DNA of 60,760 nucleotides, the filler included. It is 4 parts of 4 records of this genome, joined end to end, with 100 filler letters (N's around TTAATTAATTAA, not from the genome) between each part and the next. Parts side by side here need not be neighbours in the genome. Positions count along the whole stretch, not along the records: positions 12,806 to 39,861 come from SRR2962707_4614; 3 more parts are not named here. The stretch is one strand, 5' to 3'. How positions within the stretch are numbered: position 1 is the stretch's first letter; the number at the start of each line of letters is the position of its first letter. Of the stretch, positions 19,334 to 29,207 are shown in pieces. The notes beneath the pieces are model-generated. The model was not told where the DNA came from and did no database searches. It was given only the letters and a program-made list of their open reading frames with translations. The translations under genes and the position numbers were made by a program.

Positions 19334-19339
19334 ATGAAT

Positions 19340-22267
19340 TCAGGCATCCTGTCTAAGTGCCATATCGAGAAGGCGGGCGACATGCAACGGCTTGCGATCC
19401 GTATTGTCCTGGATCTGATGTCTGCAAGACGTTCCGTCGGCGACAATGATTGCACCGGAATCTGCCGCGCGTACCGCCGGCAGCAGGTTCAACTCGCCCA
19501 TTTGCAGGGATATCTCATGGGTGTCTGTGCCGTAGCCGAATGCGCCCGCCATGCCACAGCAGCTTGTTTCCACCTTTTCAACTGTCGCATCCGGCAGCAT
19601 CGCCAGGACCTTCTCGACACTCGACATCACGTTCATTGCCTTCTGGTGGCAATGGCCGTGCAAGACGATTTTCGCAGAGGGCGATTTCAAAGGCAGATTG
19701 AAAGACGGATCTGCTGATTGGTTGGCAACAAACTCCTCGAACATGAATGCGTGTTTTGCAATCAATGTGGTTTCCTTGCCGGGCAGGAGCGCGGGGATCT
19801 CGTCACGCAAGGTCAACAAGCAGCTTGGCTCAAGGCCGACAATGGGCACCCCCTTCTCTGCATAGGGCAACAGTGCCTCGACCAGTCGTTGTGCTTCTTC
19901 CCTCGCCTTGTCGACCAGTCCGACGGACAAGAAAGTGCGGCCGCAACAAAGCGGTCTGCCACCATCTGCAGCCTTGACCACATCAAGCGATATGCCGCCG
20001 GCCTGTAACACGCGGATCGCCGAGCGCAGGTTTTCCGGTTCGAAATAACGGTTGAAGCTGTCGACGAACAGCACCGCCTGTGGCGCCTTGTTGTCTTTCA
20101 GCTCGCTGTCCTTGAACGGGGCGGTACTCCATTGCGGCAGCGCGCGCTTTGCCGTGAAGCCGGTGAGCTTTTCCGACAGCCCTGCCAGGCCGGGAATTCG
20201 GTCACGCAAGTTCATCAGGAAGGGCATTTTCGACGCCCAGACCGCATAGCGCGGCAGAAATCCCACAAGCCGGTCATGAAGATTGAGGCCATTTTTTCTG
20301 GCGCGCGCGGACAGCACCTCGATCTTCATTCGCGCCATGTCCACCCCAGTGGGGCATTCGCTCTTGCATCCCTTGCAGGACACACACAACTTCATGGTCT
20401 CGGCCATTTCATCAGAGGCAAACGCATCGGCACCAAGTTGGCCCGAGATTGCCAGCCGCAAGGTGTTCGCCCGACCGCGGGTCAGATCCTTTTCCTTGCG
20501 GGTGACGCGGAAGGACGGGCACATCACGCCGCCCTTGAGCTTGCGGCAGGCGCCATTGTTGTTGCACATCTCAACCGCACCCTGAAAGCCACCGCCGCTG
20601 CCGGTCCATTCGGACCAGTCAAGCTCGGTCTGCATGTCAGGAACCGCGTAGTCCGGTCCATAGCGAAACAGCCGACGGTCATCCATCTTTGGCGGGGAGA
20701 CAATTTTTCCCGGATTGAACAGGCCGGCGGGATCAAACCGCTTCTTGACCTCAGCAAAATTGGCGACCATCCGCGCGCCGAACATCTTCTCATGGAATTC
20801 GGATCGCACAAGACCGTCGCCGTGTTCGCCGGAATGGGATCCCTTGTAGTGTGCGACGAGATCAAAACACTCCTCGGCAACGGCGCGCATCGTCTTGACG
20901 TCCTTGTCGAGCCTGAGATTGAGAACCGGGCGGACATGCAGACAGCCGACCGAGGCGTGGGCATACCAGGTGCCTTTGGTGCCGTGTTTCTCGAAAATTT
21001 CTGTCAGGCCTGATGTATATTCAGCCAGATCAGGCAGCTCGACGGCACAATCCTCGACGAAGGAGACCGGTTTTCCGTCGGTTTTCATCGACATCATGAT
21101 GTTGAGCCCGGATTTGCGCAGCTCGGCGATCTGGTTTTGCAGAACCGAATCGGTCACCGAAGTCACCCCGCCCCACTGCTTGCCCGTTCCCGACCACGAG
21201 AACCCGAGGTCCCCCATCATCTCTTCAAGCTGACGCAGCTTGACAGCGTTGTTGGCCGAATCCTCCTCGATGAATTCCACCAGCAGGAGGGCTTCAGGAT
21301 CGCCAGTCACAAAGTTCTCGATGGTTTTCCGGAACATTGGAATGTCGCGCGCCAGCGCAATCATGGTCGAATCCACCAGTTCCACGCCTTGAGGCATCAG
21401 GGTGACAAGATGCTGCGCCGCGTCCATGGCCTGATAGAATGTCGGGAAGTGGCAGACGCCGACGGCCTTGCCTGAAATAAGCGGCGAGAGCTTGAGCTCG
21501 ATCGCCGTCGAATAGGCAAGTGTGCCTTCTGATCCGACCAGCAGATGCGCCATGTTGTTGGGGGACGACTTGGGGACCAGGGCATCGATGTTGTAGCCTC
21601 CGACCCGACGCATCACATTTGGAAAGCGGGCGTCAATTTCGGCTGCCTCCCGCGCGCCCAGCGCCAGCAGGTCGGCGGACAACGCCTTGTAGAGTTCGGA
21701 CTGCTGAGTGTTTTTCGGGCCGAAATTGTGTTTGCTGCCATCTGCCATGAAAGCGTCAATTGACAGCACATTGTCGCGCATCATGCCGTAGCGAAGCGAC
21801 TTGCCGCCGCAGGAATTGTTGGCAGTCATTCCGCCGATTGTTGCCCGCGACGCGGTGGAAACATCGACGGGAAACCAGAGCCCGTGGGGTTTCAAGGCCC
21901 GGTTCAGTTCGTCCAGAACGATTCCGGGACGGACCACACAGCGCATGTTCTCGACATCGAGTTCGAGGAGGTCATTGAAGTACTGGGTATTGTCCAAGAC
22001 CAAAGCTTCGTTGACGGTCTGACCGCATTGCGACGTTCCCCCGCCTCTGGCGAGGAGGGGTACGCCCTGCTCGCGGGCAATATCGATTGCCGCGCTGATG
22101 TCATCTTCCGATTTGGGACACAAAACTCCGAGCGGCATCATCTGGTAAAAAGAGGCATCTGTTGCATAGCGGCCGCGGGAAAACCGGTCGAACAAGACGT
22201 CGCCCTGTACGCGTTTGGAAAGGATTTGAGCGATGTTCGACACGTAATTCACCTGGCCAGAAATCAT
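19340..22267 (-). CDS. FAD-binding / Fe-S oxidoreductase (GlcD-GlcF-like fusion, 2-hydroxyacid dehydrogenase family)
   Basis: RGGGTSQCGQ, GSEGTLA, SGEHGDG FAD-oxidase motifs; CNNNGAC, CVSCKGCKSECP and CCG Fe-S motifs. Confidence 0.9.
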   Translation of the reverse strand: MISGQVNYVSNIAQILSKRVQGDVLFDRFSRGRYATDASFYQMMPLGVLCPKSEDDISAAIDIAREQGVPLLARGGGTSQCGQTVNEALVLDNTQYFNDLLELDVENMRCVVRPGIVLDELNRALKPHGLWFPVDVSTASRATIGGMTANNSCGGKSLRYGMMRDNVLSIDAFMADGSKHNFGPKNTQQSELYKALSADLLALGAREAAEIDARFPNVMRRVGGYNIDALVPKSSPNNMAHLLVGSEGTLAYSTAIELKLSPLISGKAVGVCHFPTFYQAMDAAQHLVTLMPQGVELVDSTMIALARDIPMFRKTIENFVTGDPEALLLVEFIEEDSANNAVKLRQLEEMMGDLGFSWSGTGKQWGGVTSVTDSVLQNQIAELRKSGLNIMMSMKTDGKPVSFVEDCAVELPDLAEYTSGLTEIFEKHGTKGTWYAHASVGCLHVRPVLNLRLDKDVKTMRAVAEECFDLVAHYKGSHSGEHGDGLVRSEFHEKMFGARMVANFAEVKKRFDPAGLFNPGKIVSPPKMDDRRLFRYGPDYAVPDMQTELDWSEWTGSGGGFQGAVEMCNNNGACRKLKGGVMCPSFRVTRKEKDLTRGRANTLRLAISGQLGADAFASDEMAETMKLCVSCKGCKSECPTGVDMARMKIEVLSARARKNGLNLHDRLVGFLPRYAVWASKMPFLMNLRDRIPGLAGLSEKLTGFTAKRALPQWSTAPFKDSELKDNKAPQAVLFVDSFNRYFEPENLRSAIRVLQAGGISLDVVKAADGGRPLCCGRTFLSVGLVDKAREEAQRLVEALLPYAEKGVPIVGLEPSCLLTLRDEIPALLPGKETTLIAKHAFMFEEFVANQSADPSFNLPLKSPSAKIVLHGHCHQKAMNVMSSVEKVLAMLPDATVEKVETSCCGMAGAFGYGTDTHEISLQMGELNLLPAVRAADSGAIIVADGTSCRHQIQDNTDRKPLHVARLLDMALRQDA

Positions 22268-22283
22268 GGAAACGAGATTTTGA

Positions 22284-22307
22284 TTGACATAATTATGAAT
22301 TCAAAAT
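22284..22307. promoter_or_regulatory. Palindromic operator next to a TTGACA hexamer in the divergent intergenic region (probable GntR site)
   Basis: ATTATGAATTCAAAAT (22292-22307, one mismatched pair) just after TTGACA (22284-22289). Confidence 0.55.
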
Positions 22308-22393
22308 GTAATCTGCACAACGACAAAGATTATGCATGACCCCGATCAGGCCAACCTGATCGGGTGAGGCGCGGACAAAATCCCGGGGGGAAC

Positions 22394-23563
22394 ATGAGAC
22401 AGACAGGACATCATTTCTTGCAGATACCCGGACCGAGTTCGGTGCCTGATCGGGTTCTGCGGGCGATCTCGGCGCAGACCATCGATCATCGCGGCCCGGA
22501 TTTTGCGAAAGTCGGAATGCAAGCTCTGAATGGCCTGAAGACGATCTTCAAGACGGACCAGAATGTCATCATCTATCCATCGTCGGGTACAGGGGCATGG
22601 GAAGCGGCGCTGGTGAATACGCTGTCGCCGGGTGACCGGGTTTTGATGTTTGAGACCGGGCATTTTTCGACCTTGTGGAAACAGATCGCCGAAAAGCTTC
22701 AGCTGAAGCCTGAGTTTATCGAGGGTGACTGGCGCGGTGGCGCAGACCCCGACCTGATCGAAGCCTATCTGGCTGAAGACAAGGCGCATGAAATCAAAGC
22801 CGTCTGTGTTGTGCACAATGAAACATCGACCGGATCGGTCTCGCCAATTGCCGCCATTCGAAAGGCAATTGACAATGCCGGGCACCCGGCTCTGTTCCTG
22901 GTTGATACCATTTCGGGCCTTGCGTCGCTTGAATACAATCACGACGAATGGGGTGTTGATGTCACCGTGTCGGGTTCACAGAAGGGACTGATGCTGCCTC
23001 CGGGGCTGTCGTTCAACGCGGTCAGCGAAAAGGCAATGGCCGCCAATAAGACGGCGGGCTTGCAGCGCTCCTACTGGGATTGGGCCGACATGGTTGGCCC
23101 CAACAAGACCGGGTATTTTCCCTACACGCCCAGCACAAACCTGCTCTACGGGCTGAACGAAGCAATCGATATGTTGCATGAGGAGGGGCTCGACAACGTG
23201 TTTTCGCGGCATCAACGCCATGGAAGGGCGGCCCGCGCTGCTGTTCGGGCATGGGGGCTTGAGGTGCTGTGTTCAAAACAGGGCCAGGAAAGTGGAGTGC
23301 TGACTGCGGTTCTCATGCCTGAGGGGCATAGTGCTGACCAGTTCCGGGCGAAGACCCTGAAGAATTACAACATGTCGCTGGGCAATGGCCTGTCCAAAGT
23401 GGCCGACCGGGTGTTTCGCATCGGCCATCTCGGCGATTTCAACGACTTGATGTTGATGGCCACGCTGTCTGGTGTGGAAATGGGTCTGAAAAAGGCGGAC
23501 GTTCCCCATAAATCCGGGGGCGTAAGTGCTGCAATGGAATCGCTTAACGGGGTGAACGCATAA
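22394..23563 (+). CDS. Class V PLP aminotransferase, serine/alanine-glyoxylate type
   Basis: HFLQIPGPS, VHNETSTG, SGSQKGLMLPPG (PLP Lys), FRIGHLG. Confidence 0.9.
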   Translation: MRQTGHHFLQIPGPSSVPDRVLRAISAQTIDHRGPDFAKVGMQALNGLKTIFKTDQNVIIYPSSGTGAWEAALVNTLSPGDRVLMFETGHFSTLWKQIAEKLQLKPEFIEGDWRGGADPDLIEAYLAEDKAHEIKAVCVVHNETSTGSVSPIAAIRKAIDNAGHPALFLVDTISGLASLEYNHDEWGVDVTVSGSQKGLMLPPGLSFNAVSEKAMAANKTAGLQRSYWDWADMVGPNKTGYFPYTPSTNLLYGLNEAIDMLHEEGLDNVFSRHQRHGRAARAAVRAWGLEVLCSKQGQESGVLTAVLMPEGHSADQFRAKTLKNYNMSLGNGLSKVADRVFRIGHLGDFNDLMLMATLSGVEMGLKKADVPHKSGGVSAAMESLNGVNA

Positions 23564-23619
23564 CGCATTGCGGCGGAGTAAACTGACGAAATCTGAATAG
23601 TCTACTGGGAGGAAGAACT

Positions 23620-24600
23620 ATGAAATTTATCGCAAGAATGCTCGCAACAACTGCAGCAATCGGAATTGCCAGCAGCGCCTTTGCTGCTGATATGACTATG
23701 AAATTCGGGCATGTTGGTGCCCCTGGATCGTTGTTTGAAGCGACTGCAGATAACTTTGCAGCCTGTGTGAACTCGGCAAGTGCCGGTAAAATCGAAGTCC
23801 AGACCTTCGGTTCATCACAGCTCGGCAAGGACAAGGAGCTTTTGCAGAAGCTTAAGCTCAACCAGGTCGATTTTGCGCTGCCGTCATCGGTGATGTCTTC
23901 GGTCGATGATGTGTTCGGTATTTTTGAAATGCCCTACATCATCTCTGATCGGGACCATATGCGCCGGGTTCAGGGCGCCATGATGGACACGTTCCAGTCC
24001 GCGGCCGAGGCAAAAGGCTACCACATCGTCGGTCTCGCAGAGAACGGCTTCCGCCACATCACCAACAACACCCGTCCAATCAACGTTCCTGCTGATCTTG
24101 ACGGGATCAAGTTGCGCACGCCGAACGGTGTCTGGCGTGTGTCGATGTTCAAACTCTACGGAGCCAACCCGACACCGATGGCTTTCTCGGACGTTTTTAC
24201 CGCTTTGCAGACGGGCGTCATGGATGGCCAGGAAAATCCGTATGCGCAGATCGCCTCGGCAAAATTCCAGGAAGTGCAGAAGTATTTGTCGATCACCGGC
24301 CATGTCTACACGCCTGGCTATATCCTGACATCACAGAAAGGTTTCGCGGCACTGCCTGAGGATGTGCAGGCGATGTTGACTGACTGTGGAAACAAGACGC
24401 AGGATTTCACCTACGAAAAGGCCGCACAGCTCGAGACCGAGCTGCTGGAGGTCATCAAGGCCGCAGGCGTCGAAGTCAACGAGGCCGACAAGGCTGCATT
24501 CATTGAAGCCTCCAAGCCTATCTACGAGGCGTTTGCCAAGGAAGTTGAAGGTGGGCAGGAGATGATCGACCAGGTTCTCGGTCTTGCCAAAGGCAACTGA
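23620..24600 (+). CDS. dctP: TRAP transporter substrate-binding protein
   Basis: Signal peptide; ENGFRH, GIKLRT, ALQTGVMDGQENP. Confidence 0.92.
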   Translation: MKFIARMLATTAAIGIASSAFAADMTMKFGHVGAPGSLFEATADNFAACVNSASAGKIEVQTFGSSQLGKDKELLQKLKLNQVDFALPSSVMSSVDDVFGIFEMPYIISDRDHMRRVQGAMMDTFQSAAEAKGYHIVGLAENGFRHITNNTRPINVPADLDGIKLRTPNGVWRVSMFKLYGANPTPMAFSDVFTALQTGVMDGQENPYAQIASAKFQEVQKYLSITGHVYTPGYILTSQKGFAALPEDVQAMLTDCGNKTQDFTYEKAAQLETELLEVIKAAGVEVNEADKAAFIEASKPIYEAFAKEVEGGQEMIDQVLGLAKGN

Positions 24601-24607
24601 TTTGCTG

Positions 24608-24636
24608 CCGGGCAACAGGCTCAGCCTGTTGCCCGG
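24608..24636 (+). terminator. Perfect 13-bp stem-loop after dctP (attenuating or mRNA-stabilising hairpin)
   Basis: CCGGGCAACAGGC-TCA-GCCTGTTGCCCGG, no U tract. Confidence 0.6.
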
Positions 24637-24717
24637 TCATCTCGAAAGATGCAGTCGTGTGGTGGTCTGTTTGACCATTCGAATTTTTCCCTAAAAATCA
24701 GAATAGACAGGTCCGCA

Positions 24718-25284
24718 ATGGAGCAAACCTCGTCCTCCTCTCTGCCTAAGATCATCTCGGTCCTGGGCAAGATACTCGAGTGGATCACCATATCCCTCAT
24801 GGTCGTTCTGACCGTGATCGTGACACTTGCCGTTATTGCGCGCCTGCTGGGGCAAAGCTTTTCCTGGTATGATGAAGTGGCGGCGATCATGCTGGCATGG
24901 ATTACCTACTACGGATCGGCGCTTGCGGCCCTGCATCGTCGACATATCGGGTTCGATACGGTCTTGCTGGCCTTGCCGCGCTCGATACGGATGGCTGCGT
25001 TGCTCCTGGGTGAAGCGATCGTGCTGGTGTTCTTCATCCTGATGGCACGTGCGGGGTTTCAGGTTCTTGAAGTGCTGGCAGGCGATACCCTGATTTCGAT
25101 CAGATGGATTCCGGTACAGTTTACGCAATCGGTCATTCCGATTGGCGCCTTGCTGTTTATTCTCTGCCAACTTCTCAGTTTGCCTGGTTACTGGAAGACC
25201 ACTGCTGCGGGGATTTCGCTCGAACACGCCGAAATCGAGGAAGAAGTCGAAGCTGAGCTTGAAAAAAACAAGGATCGGGTCTGA
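24718..25284 (+). CDS. dctQ: TRAP transporter small permease
   Basis: Four TM segments, SWYDEVA and RHIGFD motifs. Confidence 0.88.
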   Translation: MEQTSSSSLPKIISVLGKILEWITISLMVVLTVIVTLAVIARLLGQSFSWYDEVAAIMLAWITYYGSALAALHRRHIGFDTVLLALPRSIRMAALLLGEAIVLVFFILMARAGFQVLEVLAGDTLISIRWIPVQFTQSVIPIGALLFILCQLLSLPGYWKTTAAGISLEHAEIEEEVEAELEKNKDRV

Positions 25285-26564
25285 TGCTGATATTCGCCAT
25301 TTTCGTCGGGTTGATGCTGATGATCTGCATCAATGTGCCCATTGCCGTGGCACTTGCCATGTGTGGCGTCATAGGTCTCGTGTTGACCGAAGGCGTCGAC
25401 AGTCTGGTGACCATCGCGCTGGATATGTATGACGGTTCGACCAATTTCTCGCTGATCGCCATCCCGATGTTTGTTCTGGCCGGCGCCATCATGAATGCCG
25501 GCGGGATTACAGACCGGCTGATCAATTTTGTCTCGAGCCTGATCGGGTTTGTCCGTGGCGGGCTTGCCATGGTCAATATCGGGGTGTCGCTGTTTTTTGC
25601 CGAGATTTCCGGCTCGGCGGTCGCGGACGTTGCGGCCATGGGGTCGATCCTGATCCCGCAAATGAAGAAGCGAGGCTACAGCAAGGAGTTCTCGGCGGCG
25701 GTTACATCATCGTCAGCGTCTCTTGCCATTATCATCCCGCCGTCCATTCCGATGATCCTTTATGCAGCCTCTGCCAATACGTCGGTTGAGCAGCTGTTTG
25801 TTGCGGGTGTCGTGCCCGGCCTGCTCGGGGCAGCAGGGTTGATGGGCGTCGCCTACTTCTTTGCAAAGCGCTACAATTTTCCGACCGAAGAAGCCTTCAA
25901 CCTGCCGCGTGTGCGCGAGACATTTGTTGATGCTCTTCCCGCCTTTGCGCTGCCGATGATCATCCTTGGCGGGATCTTCGGTGGGTTCGTGACGGCGACT
26001 GAAGCTGCCGGCCTTGCCGTTCTGGCTGCGATTGTCGTTTCGGCATGGTACCGCAACATCGACTGGAGCCACCTGCGCCGGGCCATGCTGGATGGCGGCA
26101 TTCAGACCGCAGTGGTCATGCTTTTGGTTGCGGCTTCGGTTCTGATGGGGGGCTTTCTGACACGCGCCCAGATCCCGCAGCAACTAGCCGAAAGCATCTT
26201 GTCGGTCACGACCGAACAATGGGCAATCCTGCTGATTCTGAATTTCTTCTTTCTGATCATTGGCTTCTTCCTGCATTCTGCCGCCGCCATCATCCTGGTG
26301 ATCCCGATCGTGATTCCGCTGATTACGGCTGCAGGCATTGATCCGGTCCATTTCGGTCTGATTGTCACGCTTAATCTGGCGATCGGTCAGCAAACGCCGC
26401 CGGTGGCCTCGGTTCTGATCACCGCCTGCTCGGTGGCGCGGGCCAATATCTGGGAGGTCTCGAAGGTCAATATCTGGTTTGTCGGAGTGCTTCTGGCGGT
26501 GCTGATGTTGTGCACCTATGTGCCTGCGGTTCCGATGTTCCTTGTGGAGTATTTCTACCGATGA
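25284..26564 (+). CDS. dctM: TRAP transporter large permease
   Basis: ISGSAVADVAA, IIPPSIPMILY, GIDPVHFG, QTPPV. Confidence 0.93.
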   Translation: MLIFAIFVGLMLMICINVPIAVALAMCGVIGLVLTEGVDSLVTIALDMYDGSTNFSLIAIPMFVLAGAIMNAGGITDRLINFVSSLIGFVRGGLAMVNIGVSLFFAEISGSAVADVAAMGSILIPQMKKRGYSKEFSAAVTSSSASLAIIIPPSIPMILYAASANTSVEQLFVAGVVPGLLGAAGLMGVAYFFAKRYNFPTEEAFNLPRVRETFVDALPAFALPMIILGGIFGGFVTATEAAGLAVLAAIVVSAWYRNIDWSHLRRAMLDGGIQTAVVMLLVAASVLMGGFLTRAQIPQQLAESILSVTTEQWAILLILNFFFLIIGFFLHSAAAIILVIPIVIPLITAAGIDPVHFGLIVTLNLAIGQQTPPVASVLITACSVARANIWEVSKVNIWFVGVLLAVLMLCTYVPAVPMFLVEYFYR

Positions 26565-27346
26565 GCCAGACCACGCCTGACCTTACCGAGGAATTGCGGG
26601 GCAAGACGCTGTGGCTCACGTTCAACCGCCCGGCAAGCCGCAATGCGCTCACGTTCAGCATGTATGAGGCGCTCGCCAGAATCTGCCGGGAAGCGCCGAC
26701 TAACGGCTCTGTGTCCGCGATTGTCCTGTCCGGCGCTGGCGGCAAGGCCTTTGCTGCGGGAACTGACATGACCCAGTTCCGGGCGTTCGAGACGCCGCAG
26801 GACGCGCTGGATTATGAAGCGCGGATCGACGCTGTTCTTGATGCCGTCGAGCGGTGCCCGCTGCCGACGATTGCCGCCATCAACGGTGCCTGCACCGGCG
26901 GCGGCGCAGCAATTGCCGCAGCATGTGATTTGCGGATTGCCTCGGCCAGTCTGAAGTTCGGTTTTCCGATCGCCAAGACCCTGGGCAACTGTCTGGCAGC
27001 AGCCAACCTGGCACGCCTTTCTGGCCTGGTTGGCGCAGGACGTGTCCGGGAACTGATTTTCACAGCCAGGCTGATGATGGCGGATGAAGCACTTTCTGTC
27101 GGTCTGGTCAGCGAGGTCCTGGCAGACGAACCAGCACTGCTGGCCCGGGCCGAGGAGCTTGCAGATCATATCGGCTCCATGGCGCCACTGACCTTGCGGG
27201 CAACCAAGGAAGCCATGCGCCGTAACCGGATGGCCACAAAGGTGGATGACGCCGACCTGATCACCATGTGCTACATGAGTGATGATTTCCGCATGGGGAT
27301 GGAAGCTTTCCTCGGCAAAACCAAGCCGGAGTGGAAGGGCAAATGA
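26561..27346 (+). CDS. Crotonase-fold (enoyl-CoA hydratase/isomerase family) protein lacking both canonical Glu residues
   Basis: FNRPASRNAL, AFAAGTD, GACTGGGAAIAAACD, FGFPIAKTLG. Confidence 0.88.
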   Translation: MSQTTPDLTEELRGKTLWLTFNRPASRNALTFSMYEALARICREAPTNGSVSAIVLSGAGGKAFAAGTDMTQFRAFETPQDALDYEARIDAVLDAVERCPLPTIAAINGACTGGGAAIAAACDLRIASASLKFGFPIAKTLGNCLAAANLARLSGLVGAGRVRELIFTARLMMADEALSVGLVSEVLADEPALLARAEELADHIGSMAPLTLRATKEAMRRNRMATKVDDADLITMCYMSDDFRMGMEAFLGKTKPEWKGK

Positions 27347-28548
27347 CACAATCCTTCGGTCCCCTCAAGGGCATGAAAGTCATCGAGCTGGCCCATATCA
27401 TGGCGGGCCCTGTCTGCGGGCTCATGCTGGCCGACATGGGGGCGGATGTGATCAAGGTGGAAAAGCCCACCGGTGATGACAGCCGCAGGTTTGTGCCGCC
27501 TGAAATTGAAGGTGAATCCGCGGCCTACATGATGATGAACCGCAACAAGCGCGGGATTGCCCTCAATCTCAAGGATCCGGCGGCGGTCGAGGTTCTGCAC
27601 AAGCTGTTGCTGGACGCCGACGTAGTGATTGAAAATTACAGGCTGGGCACAATGGAGCGGCTGGGGCTTGGCTATGACGAGCTTTCAAAGATCAACCCAC
27701 GCCTGATCTATTGCGAGATTTCGGGCTTCGGCCGGACCGGTCCCTATGCGCAGCGCGGTGGATTTGACCTGATTGCCCAAGGCATGGCCGGGCTGATGTC
27801 GATCACGGGTGAGGGGCCTGGGCGGCCGCCGGTGAAGGTCGCCGCGCCCATATCCGATATCAATGCCGGCATTCTGGCAGCCATGGGGGTGTCCGCGGCC
27901 TATGCCAACATGCTCAAGACCGGGCAGGGGCAGAAGGTTGACACGTCTCTGTTCGAGGCGGCAATCGTCCAGACCTACTGGCAATCCGCCATTGCCTTTG
28001 CAACGGGCGAAAATCCCAAGCCGATGGGGTCGGCTCATCCCTTGAACGCGCCATACCAGTCTTTCGAGACCAGCGATGGGTGGATCAATGTGGGGGCTGC
28101 CAATCAAAGCAATTGGCTCAGGTTCCTGAACGTGATTTCCGCTCCTGAACTCGACGCCGATCCGCGGTTTTCCTCAAACCTGCAGCGGATGAAGAATTTG
28201 CCTGCTTTGGTGCGGATTCTTGACGGTTTTCTCAAGAAAGACACCACCGCGAACTGGCTCTCCAGGATGGAAGAGGCGAAATTGCCGGCCGGGCCGGTTC
28301 TGGAAATCCTCGAAATGCATGAGGATCCACAGGCTCAGGCCCGCGACATGATTGTTGAGGTTGATCACCCGAAGGCAGGGCAGGTCAAAACACTGGGACA
28401 CCCGGTCAAGTTCAGTGAAACTCCTGCACAGATCACACGAGCTGCGCCCTATCTGGGCCAGCACAGCAAAGAGGTCCTGGTGGAGCTGGGTTTCGGCACT
28501 GCAGACATCGAAAACCTGATCCGTACGGAAGCCGTCATCGCGGCTTGA
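27343..28548 (+). CDS. Family III (CaiB/BaiF) CoA transferase
   Basis: LADMGADVIKVE, NRNKRGIALNLK, ISGFGRTGP, catalytic Asp in PISDINAG. Confidence 0.92.
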   Translation: MTQSFGPLKGMKVIELAHIMAGPVCGLMLADMGADVIKVEKPTGDDSRRFVPPEIEGESAAYMMMNRNKRGIALNLKDPAAVEVLHKLLLDADVVIENYRLGTMERLGLGYDELSKINPRLIYCEISGFGRTGPYAQRGGFDLIAQGMAGLMSITGEGPGRPPVKVAAPISDINAGILAAMGVSAAYANMLKTGQGQKVDTSLFEAAIVQTYWQSAIAFATGENPKPMGSAHPLNAPYQSFETSDGWINVGAANQSNWLRFLNVISAPELDADPRFSSNLQRMKNLPALVRILDGFLKKDTTANWLSRMEEAKLPAGPVLEILEMHEDPQAQARDMIVEVDHPKAGQVKTLGHPVKFSETPAQITRAAPYLGQHSKEVLVELGFGTADIENLIRTEAVIAA

Positions 28549-28627
28549 TGTGTTGCCGATCCTGGATTGGCGGTGCCGGGCAACACGGCAAGCGTAATTC
28601 CAATCATCAGATGAGGGAGATCAAATC

Positions 28628-29053
28628 TTGGAACTTAATTTGCAGGCCGCACAGTCCATTGTTTCGTTCGCGCTGGACTGGCGCAAGAAGAAGAACATGA
28701 AGCCCCTTACCATTGCGGTGCTCGACAGTGGTGGCTTTCTGATTGCTCTGTTGCGCGAAGATGGCGGCAGCAATTTGCGCCCGGAAATAGCGCAGGGAAA
28801 GGCGCGCGGCGCTGTCGCCATGGGCCTGGGCTCGCGGGCGCTTTTTGAACGGGCCCAATCGCAGCCGTTCTTCATTCAGGCCATGAACAGTCTTGCGTCA
28901 GGATCGCTTGTCCCGGTGCCCGGTGGCGTGTTGATCAAGCGCGATGGTGTGTTGTTGGGTGCGGTGGGCATCACGGGTGACTCGTCAGACAATGACGAAG
29001 CGTGTGCAATTGCTGCAATCGAAGCGGCCGGATTTTCGGCTGACGGTGGCTAG
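28628..29053 (+). CDS. glcG: GlcG/HbpS-family putative heme-binding protein
   Basis: IAVLDSGG, IAQGKA, PGGVLI...GAVGITGDSSDNDEACA; TTG start after a GGAG RBS. Confidence 0.8.
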   Translation: MELNLQAAQSIVSFALDWRKKKNMKPLTIAVLDSGGFLIALLREDGGSNLRPEIAQGKARGAVAMGLGSRALFERAQSQPFFIQAMNSLASGSLVPVPGGVLIKRDGVLLGAVGITGDSSDNDEACAIAAIEAAGFSADGG

Positions 29054-29207
29054 AGACGCAGTCGAATGGCAGGTTACGAGCGTTTTGCCGGGATAAGCCG
29101 ATGTTCGTGCACCGGCCCACTTACTGACACCAATTGTGACGACGACTTCGGCGGGCCGCCATTTGGCTTTTGCAGGGCAAACCGCCTGACGCACGGCATA
29201 TGTCAAA

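Noticed and set aside
29047-29066. TGGCTAGAGACGCAGTCGAA at the glcG stop as a second att copy of the tRNA-Ser end
   Set aside because: Match to TGGCGGAGAGGAAGGGATTCGAA is too short and gapped to tell from chance
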